The notes under the pieces were generated by a model that did not search any database, was not told the DNA's origin, and saw only the letters and a program-made list of their open reading frames with translations. A stretch of 64,000 nt of DNA. Source: Octopus vulgaris (lineage: Eukaryota). The stretch is taken from positions 9,052,001 through 9,116,000 of the forward strand of contig OX597816.1 of NCBI GenBank assembly GCA_951406725.2. Direction: 5' to 3'. How positions within the stretch are numbered: the stretch's first letter is position 1; every line of letters starts with the position of its first letter. Positions 14,317-25,032 of this stretch are shown here, piece by piece. Made by a program: the position numbers and the translations under genes.

Positions 14317-14471
14317 CTTTTGAATGTATTATTTAATGTAATGCTATGCACTTCTTTAATTTTTACCCATTTTGTCAAATATATATACATATATATATCT
14401 ATATACATAAATATATATATATATTTATATACATATATATATATCTATATACATAAATATATATATATATT

Positions 14472-14532
<61 letters not shown>

Positions 14533-15289
14533 ATATACACATATATATACATATACATATATATATATATACATACACACACACATGTATATATATACAT
14601 ATACATACACACACACACATATAAAGTGTCCAAGAGGAAGAACTTAATGGTCAGTCGCATGTATTTGAACAAGACCGAGAAATACATGTGTTCCAAATAC
14701 CATACAACATAAATTCTTGGTTTATTAAAATTCGTTTCCTCCTGTTGACAATGTCAATGAAGATCAACTCCACACGACATGTAGCAAAGATAATCTCAAG
14801 ATTCAAGAATTCTCCAAAGATGACATACGTGGAGGCGCAATGGCCTAGTGGTTAGGGCAGCGGACTTGCGGTCGGAGGATCGCGGTTTCGATTCCCAGAC
14901 CGGGCGTTGTGTGTGTTTATTGAGCGAAAAACACCTAAAAAAAAACCATTGAGGAGAAAGTGGAATGTATCATCTCACCTGGTTGAGTGACAGAAGAAGC
15001 TTCTGAGCATAGAAAATCCTAGGTCAACAAACTGTCCGACCCATGTGAGCATGCAAAAGTGGACGTTTAAACAAGGACAGTGATGGTTCTAAGACTTAAA
15101 ACTTGGTCTTAATAATTGATGGAAGTCTTATTTCTTCATCTAACAAAATTCTAAATTCTTTACAGCATTTTATCATTTAATCATCTTTATTTTCTTGTAG
15201 CTTTTATTTTTAGCTTGCTATCTCCTGCTGTTACATTCCACAATAATTTAATTTTTTTTTTTGTAGCAAAGAGAAAATTTTGCTTATTA

Positions 15290-15560
15290 TTTCATGATTT
15301 TATTTAATTTTTATTTCATTTTAAAAAGTTTTATTTTTATTTTATTTCATTTTAATTTAATTTTATTTTAATTTAATTTTATTTCATTTTAATTTAATTT
15401 AATTTTATTTCATTTTAATTTAATTTAATTTTATTTCATTTTAATTCAATTTTATTTTATTTCATTTTGATTTATTTTAATTTTATTTAATTTTAATTTA
15501 ATTTTATTTCATTTTAATTTAATTTAATTTTATTTCATTTTAATTTAATTTAATTTTGTA
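15290..15560. repeat. AT-only pentamer-based tandem repeat (aattt/atttt/tttca)
   Basis: Recurring ~25-nt unit ttttatttcattttaatttaattta. Confidence 0.9.
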
Positions 15561-16611
15561 CTTATGGCTAAATTGAATTAATGTGACAAGGTTTGTATGA
15601 GATCAATTTATGTTTAGAAAATATTGCAAATGTTGATCTTGTTTCATATTCTGTATTTAATCTTCGATGTAAATGGAAAAATGCTGCTAACTTCCTTGAA
15701 CTCTTTTCTTACTATATTGCCACTGAAATACACTCTCTACATATTTTAATAAATTTCTAAGATAACAAAGAATTTAGTAAAATAATGTGTGTGTGGCTGA
15801 GTGGTTAAGAAGCTCGCTTCCCAAGCATGATGGTGTCAGGTTCAATCTCACTGTGTGGCACCTTGGGCAAGTGTCCTATAACCATGACCTGACCGAAGCC
15901 TTGTGAATGGAATTGATTGATGGAAACTATGAGAAGCCTCGTGTGTGTGTTTGTGTGCTGATGTGTATCGTTGTCTTGACATCCTGTGATGGTTGTAGAC
16001 AAGCATCACCCTGATACAGCATCACCTTGTCTGACCCATGTGAGCATGCAAAGGCAATATTACCTTGCTTTGAAAATAGTTGAGAGTTGGTGACTAGAAG
16101 GGCATCCAGCTATAGAAAATATGTCTAAATGAATTCCACCTGACCCATGCAGGCATGAAAAAGAGGATGTTAATGGTAAAGGTGATAAAGATGATGTCAT
16201 TGTTAAATTGATATTTGGAACAAAAATTAAAATGAAATTTTTATGAAAAGCTTTAAACCTTTAGCAATGCTGTAGATGCCTCACATTGCTGTATGAGTTT
16301 TCTCAATGCGACACAATGCACCTGCAGCTACAGGGGAGAAAACTCGTACAGTGACATGATGTGCTCTAAGCGTGCTAAAGGTGAATTTAGATCACGGGAA
16401 GTATCACATAGCCAAGGGCAGTTTCAGGTGGGTTGCTATCGAAAGGGTTGACCCTTTTATTAACATATTCCTGTTGAAATAAAATGCCTTTATTTTAATT
16501 AGTTTTGAAAATAATGAAACATTTATTGAAATAGCTTTGTCAGTTTTAAGCTGGCATCTAGACAAGAAAGTAACATGAAATTATGAAAGGTTTAAATTTA
16601 GATCACTTCAG

Positions 16612-17164
16612 CTCTTTAGCATTTAAACTAGCCATATCTGGCTAAAAATATTCCTACTGGTTTTATTTTCAAACTGGCTGGATCTGGCTCACAACTACCT
16701 TACAATGTCATTCTGAAAGTAAGCAAACACAAAGTTTGAAATCGCAAAGCTTTGAAACAATTCACGATTAATTCAATGTGGATAAATAAACATTACATTT
16801 GACAGAGTAATGTGAATTCCAAAGGGTTAAAGCAGGAGGTTTGAGTCAAAGAACCCAGGAGCAGTGCCAGATGGGTTGGTATCCAGAGGGTTTGTCCATC
16901 TTTTAGATTAGTGATGTATAGTTCTTTGGCTGTCTTTAACCCTTTAGTGTTCACATTATTCTACCAAAATTCATGCTTCTTTATCCACTTTGTTTTGAAC
17001 TAATCATGCATTATCTTGTAGCTTTGAGATTTTGATGAGGTAGCTGTTAACTTTTAAAACGATATTGTAGGGTTGGTGTAAGAGACCAGATCTGGCCAGT
17101 TTGAACATAAAACAGGCAGAATACTTTTGGCCGGTTAGGGCCAGTTTAAATGCTAAAGGGTTAA
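16612..17164. mobile_element. Two piggyBac-like MITEs in inverted orientation (16612-16826 and 16940-17160)
   Basis: TTAA-ccctttag...ctaaaggg-TTAA ends. The first copy is the diverged reverse complement of the second. A related ttaaccctttc-type element lies at about 25520-25732. Confidence 0.75.
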
Positions 17165-17453
17165 ACTTAGGTGTTTCAGTGAATATAGTTTTTCAAATCA
17201 TTCGTAATTGTGTGTATTACCCCTTCCATATATAACTTTTGCTGTGGAGTGAGAACTAACAGTAATTAAAATTTAGACATGTTCTGCAAATCTTAAATCT
17301 TCTAAAATTAATCCACTCTTCATTGCTACTGATATTCATGGGCTTATTGACATATCAGTAATCAAATTTTTACACGGACCCCAGTTTAATGTCTGGACTG
17401 TTGTTGTTGTTGAAAGAAATGAAAACGGTTTTATTTGATATTATTCCTGGTAG

Positions 17454-17627
17454 CCGCCAGAAGTTCTTGCTCCAGCTGTTGAGGCCGAAAGCAAGGAGAA
17501 GGAATTGATTGCCATGGAACGAAATCATATTTATAAACAAATGAACGAAATTTATGTGGAGCGAGAAAAAGCTTTCAGATCCATTGAAGAATTTTACCAA
17601 GATAAAATGCAATCTCTGCAACTCCAG
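17454..17627 (+). CDS. CHCHD3: MIC19/CHCHD3 (MICOS subunit) internal coding exon, coiled-coil region
   Basis: TAG acceptor at 17451-17453 (alternative CAG at 17458-17460) and CAG|GTTTGT donor. 174 nt open: PPEVLAPAVEAESKEKELIAMERNHIYKQMNEIYVEREKAFRSIEEFYQDKMQSLQLQ. Joins in frame to the next three exons. Confidence 0.85.
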
Positions 17628-18940
17628 GTTTGTGATTTTCAATTTTTTTTCTTTTAAAACTAAAAATTGTTTAGTGTTTTAAAATATGAGTTATTCATTG
17701 GTTTTGCCATTTAGCTAAACAGACTTGTGAAGGCGGTTACAATGTTGAGGGTTCCAGCTGATCTTATCAATGAAACAGCCTGCTCATGAAATTAATGTAC
17801 AAGTGGCTGAGTATTCCACAGACATGCATACCTTTAATGTAGTTCTCACTGGGAATTGAATTCACAACCTTACAATTGTGAACTGGAATACCCAAACCAC
17901 TAAGCCATGGAAGGCTTGACAGGGAGAGAAATAAGTTGTTTGTCTGCCAGAGTTTTGAATTGCAGTTTTTCTAACAGAGGCACAGGCATGGTTGTGTATT
18001 TAGGAAGTTTGCTTTCCAACCCCATGATTTTGGGTTCAGTCCCACTGCACGACACCTTGGGTATCTTGGACAAGTGTTTTCTATGGCCATTGGCCAACCA
18101 AAGTCTTATGAGTGGATTTGGTAGATAGAATACCATTCGCGCATGATCGTTACCAGTGTCGCCATACTGACACTTGTGCCAGTGGCACGTGGAGACATTT
18201 GAGCAAGGTCGTTGCCAGTGCTGCTGGACTGGCTCCTGTGCAGGTGGCATGTAAAAAACACCATTTGCGTGTGACCATTGCCAGTACGGCCTGACTGGCC
18301 CACGTGCCGGTGGCACGTAAAAGCACCCACTACACTCTCGGAGTGGTTGGCGTTAGGAAGGGCATCCAGCTGTAGAAACTCTGCCAGATCAGATTGGAGC
18401 CTGATGCAGCCATCTGGTTCACCAGCCCTCTGTCAAACCGTCCAACCCATGCCAGCATGGAAAGCAGACGTTGAATGATGATGTGTGTGTATGTATGCCC
18501 ACACACACAATCATATGTACCTGTGTGTGTGTGTGGCCTTGTCTTGACACTGTGCAAAAGCTGTAAATGAGCATCACTGCCATACAAGCAGTTTCCTTTA
18601 TTTCTGGCCATGGAAAAATATTTCCTTGCTTGGAAACCTGTTATTGTTGGTGACTGGAAGAGCACCTGGCTGCAGAAAAATCCACCTCAATGAACTGCCC
18701 CATATGTTGCCACTGATGTTAATGATATTCCTAATAACAGATCTGTTGCCTCAACCTAAATCTTGTATTAGACCAAGCTGATGAGATGACCAAACAGTAT
18801 ATCCACGACAGTTATGTAAAATCTTTGAAATTACCAAACCTTTTCCTTTGTAAACTTGTATGATATTTCTGTTCTGTATTCCCAAGGACAATAGTTTCTC
18901 AAATTTCCATTTCTCTTTCACCTTACATTCTGTGTTCCAG

Positions 18941-19011
18941 AGTACAAAGATGAATACTGCCACAAGGCAAGAATTTGCAAAAGCAGTGGAAGAAGTAGAA
19001 AACAAATTCCT
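18941..19011 (+). CDS. CHCHD3: MIC19/CHCHD3 coding exon
   Basis: Pyrimidine tract plus TTCCAG acceptor and GTGAGT donor. Encodes STKMNTATRQEFAKAVEEVENKF(L), matching the 'EY/F.KA.EEVE.KF' segment of MIC19/MIC25. Ends in phase 2. Confidence 0.92.
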
Positions 19012-19950
19012 GTGAGTAAATTGTATCCCTATTTGCATGATGGATGGGTGGGAGTTGATCTTTTAGAATTTTATGTAGTGTGATCTGTACTCTCTTTTAC
19101 TTGTTTCAGTCATTTGACTGCGGCCATGCTGGAGCACCACCTTTAGTCGAGCAAATCGACCCGGGGACTTATTCTTTGTAAGCCCAGTACTTATTCTATC
19201 GGTCTCTTTTGCCGAACCGCTAAGTGACGGGGACGTAAACACACCAGCATCGTTTGTGAAGCGATGTTGGGGGTACAAACATACACGCATATATATATAT
19301 ATATATACATATATACGACAGGCTTCTTTCGGTTTCCGTCTACCAAATCCACTCACAAGGCTTTGGTCGGCCCGAGGCTATAGCAGAAGACACTTGCCCA
19401 AGATGCCACGCAGTGGGACTGAACCCGGAACCATGTGGTTGGTTAGCAAGCTACTTACCACACAGCCACTCCTTTGTTTTTTTTTCTTCTTTTTTTTTTG
19501 TTAAAAGGAAAAAAACTTAGCAACACACCTGAAATTTTCTTTTGTCTTTTCATTGGTTATTCTGTTCTGTAAATAATGTTAGAAATATTCATCAAGTGCA
19601 GGAATGGCTTTGTGGTAAGAACTTTGCTTCCCAACCACATGTTGTTTGTTTGTTCCTTCTCGAGCCATGCCTGGCTCATAAGGGCCGGTTTCCCGGTTTC
19701 CTTGGCGTATAGGTTCCCCACCTGGACGGGACACCGGTCCGTCACAGGTGAGCTGCAAGATGCAGGAGGGAAGAGTGAGAGAAATTGTGGCGAAAGAGTC
19801 AGCAGAAGTTCGCCATTACCTTCTGCCGCAGCTGAATGGGGCTTAGGTGTTTCGCTCATAAACACACACATTGCCCAGTCTGAGCATACTACTTGTATTA
19901 CAATCAAGAATGTTGATGTTAGATCCTATTTCAAATGTATATAATAAATA

Positions 19951-20350
19951 GGTGCAGGAGTGGCCGTGTGGTAAGTAGCTTGTTTACCAACCGCATGGTT
20001 CCGGGTTCAGTCCCACTGCATGGCACTTTGGGCAAGTGTCTCCTACTATAGCCTCGGGTCGACCAAAGCCTTGTGAGTGGATTTGGTAGATGAAAACTGA
20101 AAGAAGCCCGTCGAGTATATGTGTGTATATATATATATATATGTGTGTGTCTGTGTTTGTCCCCCCCAACATCGCTTGACAACCGATGCTGGTGTGCTTA
20201 CGTCGCTGTAACTTAACAGTTCAGCAAAAGAAACTGATAGATTAAGTACCAGACTTACAAAGAATAAGTCCTGGGGTTGATTTGCTTGACTAAAGGCAGT
20301 GCTCCAGCATGGCCAGTCAAATGACTGAAACAAGTAAAAGAATAAAAGAG
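19951..20350 (+). mobile_element. tRNA-derived SINE family with internal (TA/TG)n, representative copy
   Basis: ggtgcaggagtggccgtgtggtaag...ggttcagtccc head and ...tgactgaaacaagtaaaaga tail. Other copies: 19088-19472(-), 25903-26260, 30152-30540, 55346-55752(-). Partials at about 15790, 17978, 20518, 36868 and 37875. Confidence 0.9.
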
Positions 20351-21203
20351 TAGGTTATATGGATCAGTTTATGGATTTGATTAATTTGTTTCAGCTATAA
20401 ATCTGTAAGCTGCTTCTTTTTCTTATTTAGTTCTTATTGGTTGTCTTATGTTGTTGCTATTTCACCTTCCAAATAAGGCAATCTTGTATATATCTACATC
20501 CACTTTGAGAAATAAGGGGTGCAGATGTGGCTGTGTGGTTAAGAAGTTTACTTTCCAACCGCATGGTTTCAGGTTCAGTTCTACTGCATGACATATTGGG
20601 AAAGTGTCTTCTACTATATCCCTACACTGACCAAAGCCTTGTAAATGGATCTGGTTGATGGAAACTGAAAGAAGCCTATGTGTGTGTGTCTTCTTAAAGT
20701 GTGATAGTTGTGAACGAATGCCATTGTTAAACGAGTTCTCAATTTGTTTCTAAAGTTCTGTGAAAGCAAGCCTGGCCATGGGAGTAATATGACTTTGCTT
20801 GGAAATAAGTGATGGTGGCACCAGAAAGAACATTCGGCCACAGAAAATCTGCCTCTATATACTCTATTCAACCATTGAAATGTGGATGTTAAAAGTATGA
20901 TGCTAAACTCATTTAAACACACTTGTATATTCTAAATGTATTTAGTATTGCCAGTGGCACGTAAAAAGCACCATCCGAATATGGCCGATGACTGGCTTCT
21001 GTACCTGTGGCACGTAAAAGGCACCAACGTAAAAAGCACCCACTACACTCATGGAGTGGTTGGCATTAGGAAGGGCATCCAGCTGTAGAAACACTGCCAG
21101 ATCATACTGGAGCCTGGTGCAGCCTCCTGGCTTCCCAGACCCTGGTCGAACCGTCCAACAATGATGATGATGAATTAGTCAACTTTACTTTTGTCAATTA
21201 CAG

Positions 21204-21339
21204 AAAACATGTTGAGGCTCCTGTCTGCGAAGATCTCCAGCTGAAGGTATTGGAATGCTATCGCACCAATCAGTCTCACCCACTTAACTGCTCAGCGGAA
21301 GTTCATGCCTTTGCTACAGCTGTCGACCAAGCAAGACAA
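21204..21339 (+). CDS. CHCHD3: MIC19/CHCHD3 CHCH-domain exon
   Basis: TTACAG acceptor and GTAAGT donor. Encodes KHVEAPVCEDLQLKVLECYRTNQSHPLNCSAEVHAFATAVDQARQ, which has the PVC.DLQ.K.L.CYR.N....L.CS pattern of MIC19. Phase is compatible with both neighbours. Confidence 0.95.
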
Positions 21340-21389
21340 GTAAGTTTACTAATCTTTTAATCTGTTTTCCTATTGGTAATCTAAGAGTG

Positions 21390-23620
21390 TTTAAAATAAT
21401 GCTTCTAAAAGTGCTTCTGACTGACAATTTATTAAGTTCTTATGTTTATATAATAATATATACAGTGATTCTTTCATACAGAGACGGCAACTATTAGATT
21501 TATGCGTGTATGGTGTGGCTGAATCTATTAGAGACCATTCCAATTTATAGTTAACTTTGTTTTTCTTTAGTTTATGTATATATGTAGCTAATGACGTTGT
21601 ATTGGTGGCTATATTTGGCTTAAAGGAATATATTCGCACTAAAAATCTTTGCTTAAAATTAACAGAACTACCTTTATATACCTTACTTTGTGAATTATTA
21701 ATTAATGTAACTCTGCATTTGTATATTACATTAAATCTTCTACAATTGCCTTTTAAAGGACATAATTTTTAATTTTCACATGAGCAGTTCTTATTTTTAT
21801 TTTTATATTTCTGTTCAGCTGAATAGTGTCTACTATTGTTATGGTTATTTGTGGTATTAATGTTGAATTTATTGTAGTATTATTTATCATAGAATTAGAT
21901 ATATTTATTGCTTTTGAATTATTTTTAATATTATCATCAACCATCCGATCGTGGCCGTCCGCCAGCCTCATCTGGCACCTGTATCGGTGGCACATAAAAA
22001 CACCATCCGAGCGTGGCCGTCTGCCAGCCTCGTTTGGCACCTGTGTCGGTGGCACATAAAAACACCATCCGAGCGTGGCCGTTCGCCAGCCTCGTCTGGC
22101 ACCTGTGTCGGTGGCACATAAAATCACCCACTACACTCTCGGAGTGGTTGGCGTTAGGAAGGGCATCCAGCTGTAGAAACACTGCCAGATCTGACTGGCC
22201 TGGTGCAGCCTTCGGGCTCCCCAGACCCCAGTTGAACCGTCCAACCCATACTAGCATGGAAAACGGACGCTAAATGATGATGATGATGATGATGATTATT
22301 AGCTTGTGGTATTATATTATCTAAGGCACTTTTTATATTTTCAAATGTATTGTAGTTAGAATTTTGCTTGGGTTTAGGTGTTCCAGTATTATAAGTATTA
22401 CATATACTCCTATTGTTAGTTCTTATATTATTACCATCATTATTATTATTGTTAAAGTTATTATTATTATGGCTGTTTTTATATTTGTTAATTTTCCTTT
22501 TATGAGAACAGGCTATATTAGATCCTATGTTTGATATTGTAGAGAAGGATATTTTAATCGATAATCTATTAAATATATGATGATATTTATGATTCCTAGG
22601 AAAACTTTTTTTTAACTATATTTAAAAACTTTTTTGCTAAACCCTTAACATTTAATGAAAATGGCAGTTTGTACCAAATAATGTCTCTCCTTCCACTTCT
22701 ATTAGATAGTTTAATTACATTTATATATTAGTTTTGGGATTTGTATATTTTTCATTGAGTATTTGTCGTTATTATTATATTTAGTTCTTTGCCTATCATT
22801 ATTTTTTCTAGGTTTTTTTATTGTATAGAAGTTCTTCATTTTTTATTAATTTCATATTATTGTTATATTTAAGGTTATCTTTATTTCTTGTTTTAGTATC
22901 GCATGTATTAATTCCATTTGTGCTATGAAAATTTTTAGTTTAGTATCCTTTATGTATTTAATATTTTGTTTGAATCCGCTAGCAGCTAAAGCCGGATTGT
23001 AATAATTGGCATGATTATTAAAAATTTCTTCATTATAAGATAGGTCAGATATTCTAGTAGATATATTATTTATGATACTTTTAAGTAATGATCTATGATA
23101 ATTTGAATTAATATTTATATATTTAAGATATTCATTAGGTTTATGGAATGGATAGTAGGTTAAATTATTAAGGTCTAAGATTACGTCTAAAAAATTTGCT
23201 TTAGAATAACTTTCCTCAAATGTGATAGATAAGCCAAAATTTTTATAATTCCTCTCTCATTTTTCCTATTTTCTTTTGGATCTACCATTATAGACAAGGA
23301 GTGCATCATCTCTATATAATCCTCCCATCAAAGCTGGGAAGTATTGTTTAGTCTCATAATAAATATAATCCTACTAGATCTGTGCGGAATCGGACGATCC
23401 CATTGTAATATCAAATAAATTAAATAAACTATTATTACCAGATTGGCACCATATTTTGTCATTGAATTTAATTAGTGTTTTTCTATCTAATAGAATAATA
23501 TCAATTTCCTATGGTGTAATGTCAGTATGATTTTTGGCTAAAATTATAGCTTTATTTGATATAATTGGTGATATTGATGCGTAATAATTGTTGATGTCAA
23601 ATTGTAAAAATGATAAGTTT
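21390..23620 (-). mobile_element. Penelope-like retroelement, antisense in the last MIC19 intron
   Basis: Minus-strand FDITMGSSDS (about 23400) and GGLYRDDAL (about 23310), plus GIY-YIG C-terminal half TSLATYIHKLK...EWSLID...CRLCMKE (ORF 21391-21639). Split by a SINE at about 21939-22295. Confidence 0.85.
21939..22295 (+). mobile_element. SINE/retroposon family with (ATG)n tail and internal ~60-bp tandem units, representative copy
   Basis: Core cactacactctcggagtggttggcgttaggaagggcatccagctgtagaaa. Related copies at about 2890-3257(-), 6788-6960(-), 18130-18483, 20948-21172, 25320-25500, 26610-27290(-), 29140-29560(-), 30720-31020(-), 31650-31850(-) and 53708-53955. Confidence 0.85.
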
Positions 23621-23832
23621 GTCTTATTAGGTAATAGATATAATTAAAAAATATTATTAAAAAATATATATAATCACTTGTATTTAATATATAAATATTT
23701 TAATAGTATTAATACTTTGATACAATATAGCACTCAATATAAATTCAGTATATAGTATTCTCATTGAATATATTTAAAGATCTATCTATCTATATATATG
23801 TACACAGTGGTTGCAGCCTTAGATGTTTAGAA

Positions 23833-24206
23833 GTGGAGGCGCAATGGCCCAGTGGTTAGGGCAGCGGACTCGCGGTTTCGATTCCCAGACCAGGCGTTGT
23901 GAGTGTTTATTGAGCGAAAACACCTAAAAGCTCCACGAGGCTCCGGCAGGGATGGTGGTGATCCCTGCTGTACTCTTTCACCACAACTTTCTCTCACTCT
24001 TACTTCCTGTTTCTGTTGTACCTGTATTTCAAGGGGCCGGCCTTGTCACTCTCTGTGTCACGCTGAATATCCCCGAGAACTACGTTAAGGGTACACGTGT
24101 CTGTGGAGTGCGAAGCCACTTACACGTTAATTTCACGAGCAAGCTGTTCCGTTGATTCAGATCAACCGGAACCCTCGTCGTCGTAACCGACGGAGTGCTT
24201 CCATCC
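23833..24206 (+). mobile_element. tRNA-derived SINE, full length with TSD
   Basis: tRNA-like head ggaggcgcaatggcccagtggttagggcagcggactc...tcgattccc. 12-bp TSD agatgtttagaa at 23821-23832 and 24207-24218. Confidence 0.9.
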
Positions 24207-24713
24207 AGATGTTTAGAAACACACTATTATTACAAACAATAAATGTTCAAGAAATGTCACTGCTTGAAACTGTGACTTGTTCACTGACACAAAAATTCAG
24301 CTGCAGTTTTGACTGATGAAAATGTTGGCACCATTATTACAAGCAGTAAATATTTAGGCAAAGTAAACAGTTTCTGTGTGTTTCTAAATGGCTAACAATA
24401 TGCCTCCCACAATACAATCACTTTTAGTTTCCTCAGACAGTCTCATATCAAAACACTTGCTATGCAACTACGTCTCCATAATATATAAAGCAAGTTGGTA
24501 GAGTCATTAGGATGCTGGGCAAAATGCTTAGGGGCATTTTGTATGTCTTTATGTTCTGAGTTCAAATTCTGCTGAGGTCATCTTTGCCATTAAGTACCAG
24601 TCTCGCACTAGGGTCGATCTAACCACTTCCTTGTACCTGGAATAGAAAAGAATATATATATTCCTGTTTTGATTGTGTTGTATTTCTATTTCTACTGCTT
24701 TTTTTCTCTTCAG

Positions 24714-24740
24714 AATGTTATTCTTGCCAAGAAAGTCTGA
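24714..24740 (+). CDS. CHCHD3: MIC19/CHCHD3 terminal coding exon (NVILAKKV*)
   Basis: Strong T-rich tract plus TTCAG acceptor, phase 0, TGA at 24738-24740. The short C-terminal tail is like that of other MIC19 proteins. Confidence 0.85.
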   Translation, partial: NVILAKKV

Positions 24741-25026
24741 CCTAATTCTTGCACCAATTGAAACAATATTCTAAGAATGCTGGGTATGGTCAATGGAAGA
24801 TTCCACGGCTGCAGTTCTTCAAAAAGATTACTTACCATCAAAGCAGCCGTCCTGCAGATTACCACCAAACTTAAGACCTTGAAGGGCCGTCTTCCCACTT
24901 CCATTAGAGTTGTTATGTTTGTCTGTGGCTTGTTCAAAGCTGTTAGAAGAGACGAGACATTCTTTTATATCTTAGTCTTCACAATTAATTGTATTTGGCT
25001 TCGTTAAAAGGGAATGATTACAAGAG

Positions 25027-25032
25027 AATAAA
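25027..25032 (+). terminator. Probable polyadenylation signal of MIC19 (3' UTR about 24741-25050)
   Basis: AATAAA about 290 nt after the stop codon, followed by TG/T-rich sequence. Confidence 0.55.

Noticed and set aside
14074-14712. 212-aa ORF
   Set aside because: Spans a DNA palindrome and a microsatellite, with no protein features.
21939-22130. CRISPR-like periodic repeat
   Set aside because: Contiguous tandem units with no unique spacers, in a eukaryotic SINE context with no cas genes.
23835-23890. tRNA-like sequences (also 14830, 44947 and other SINE heads)
   Set aside because: They are SINE heads continuing into SINE bodies with TSDs, not tRNA genes.
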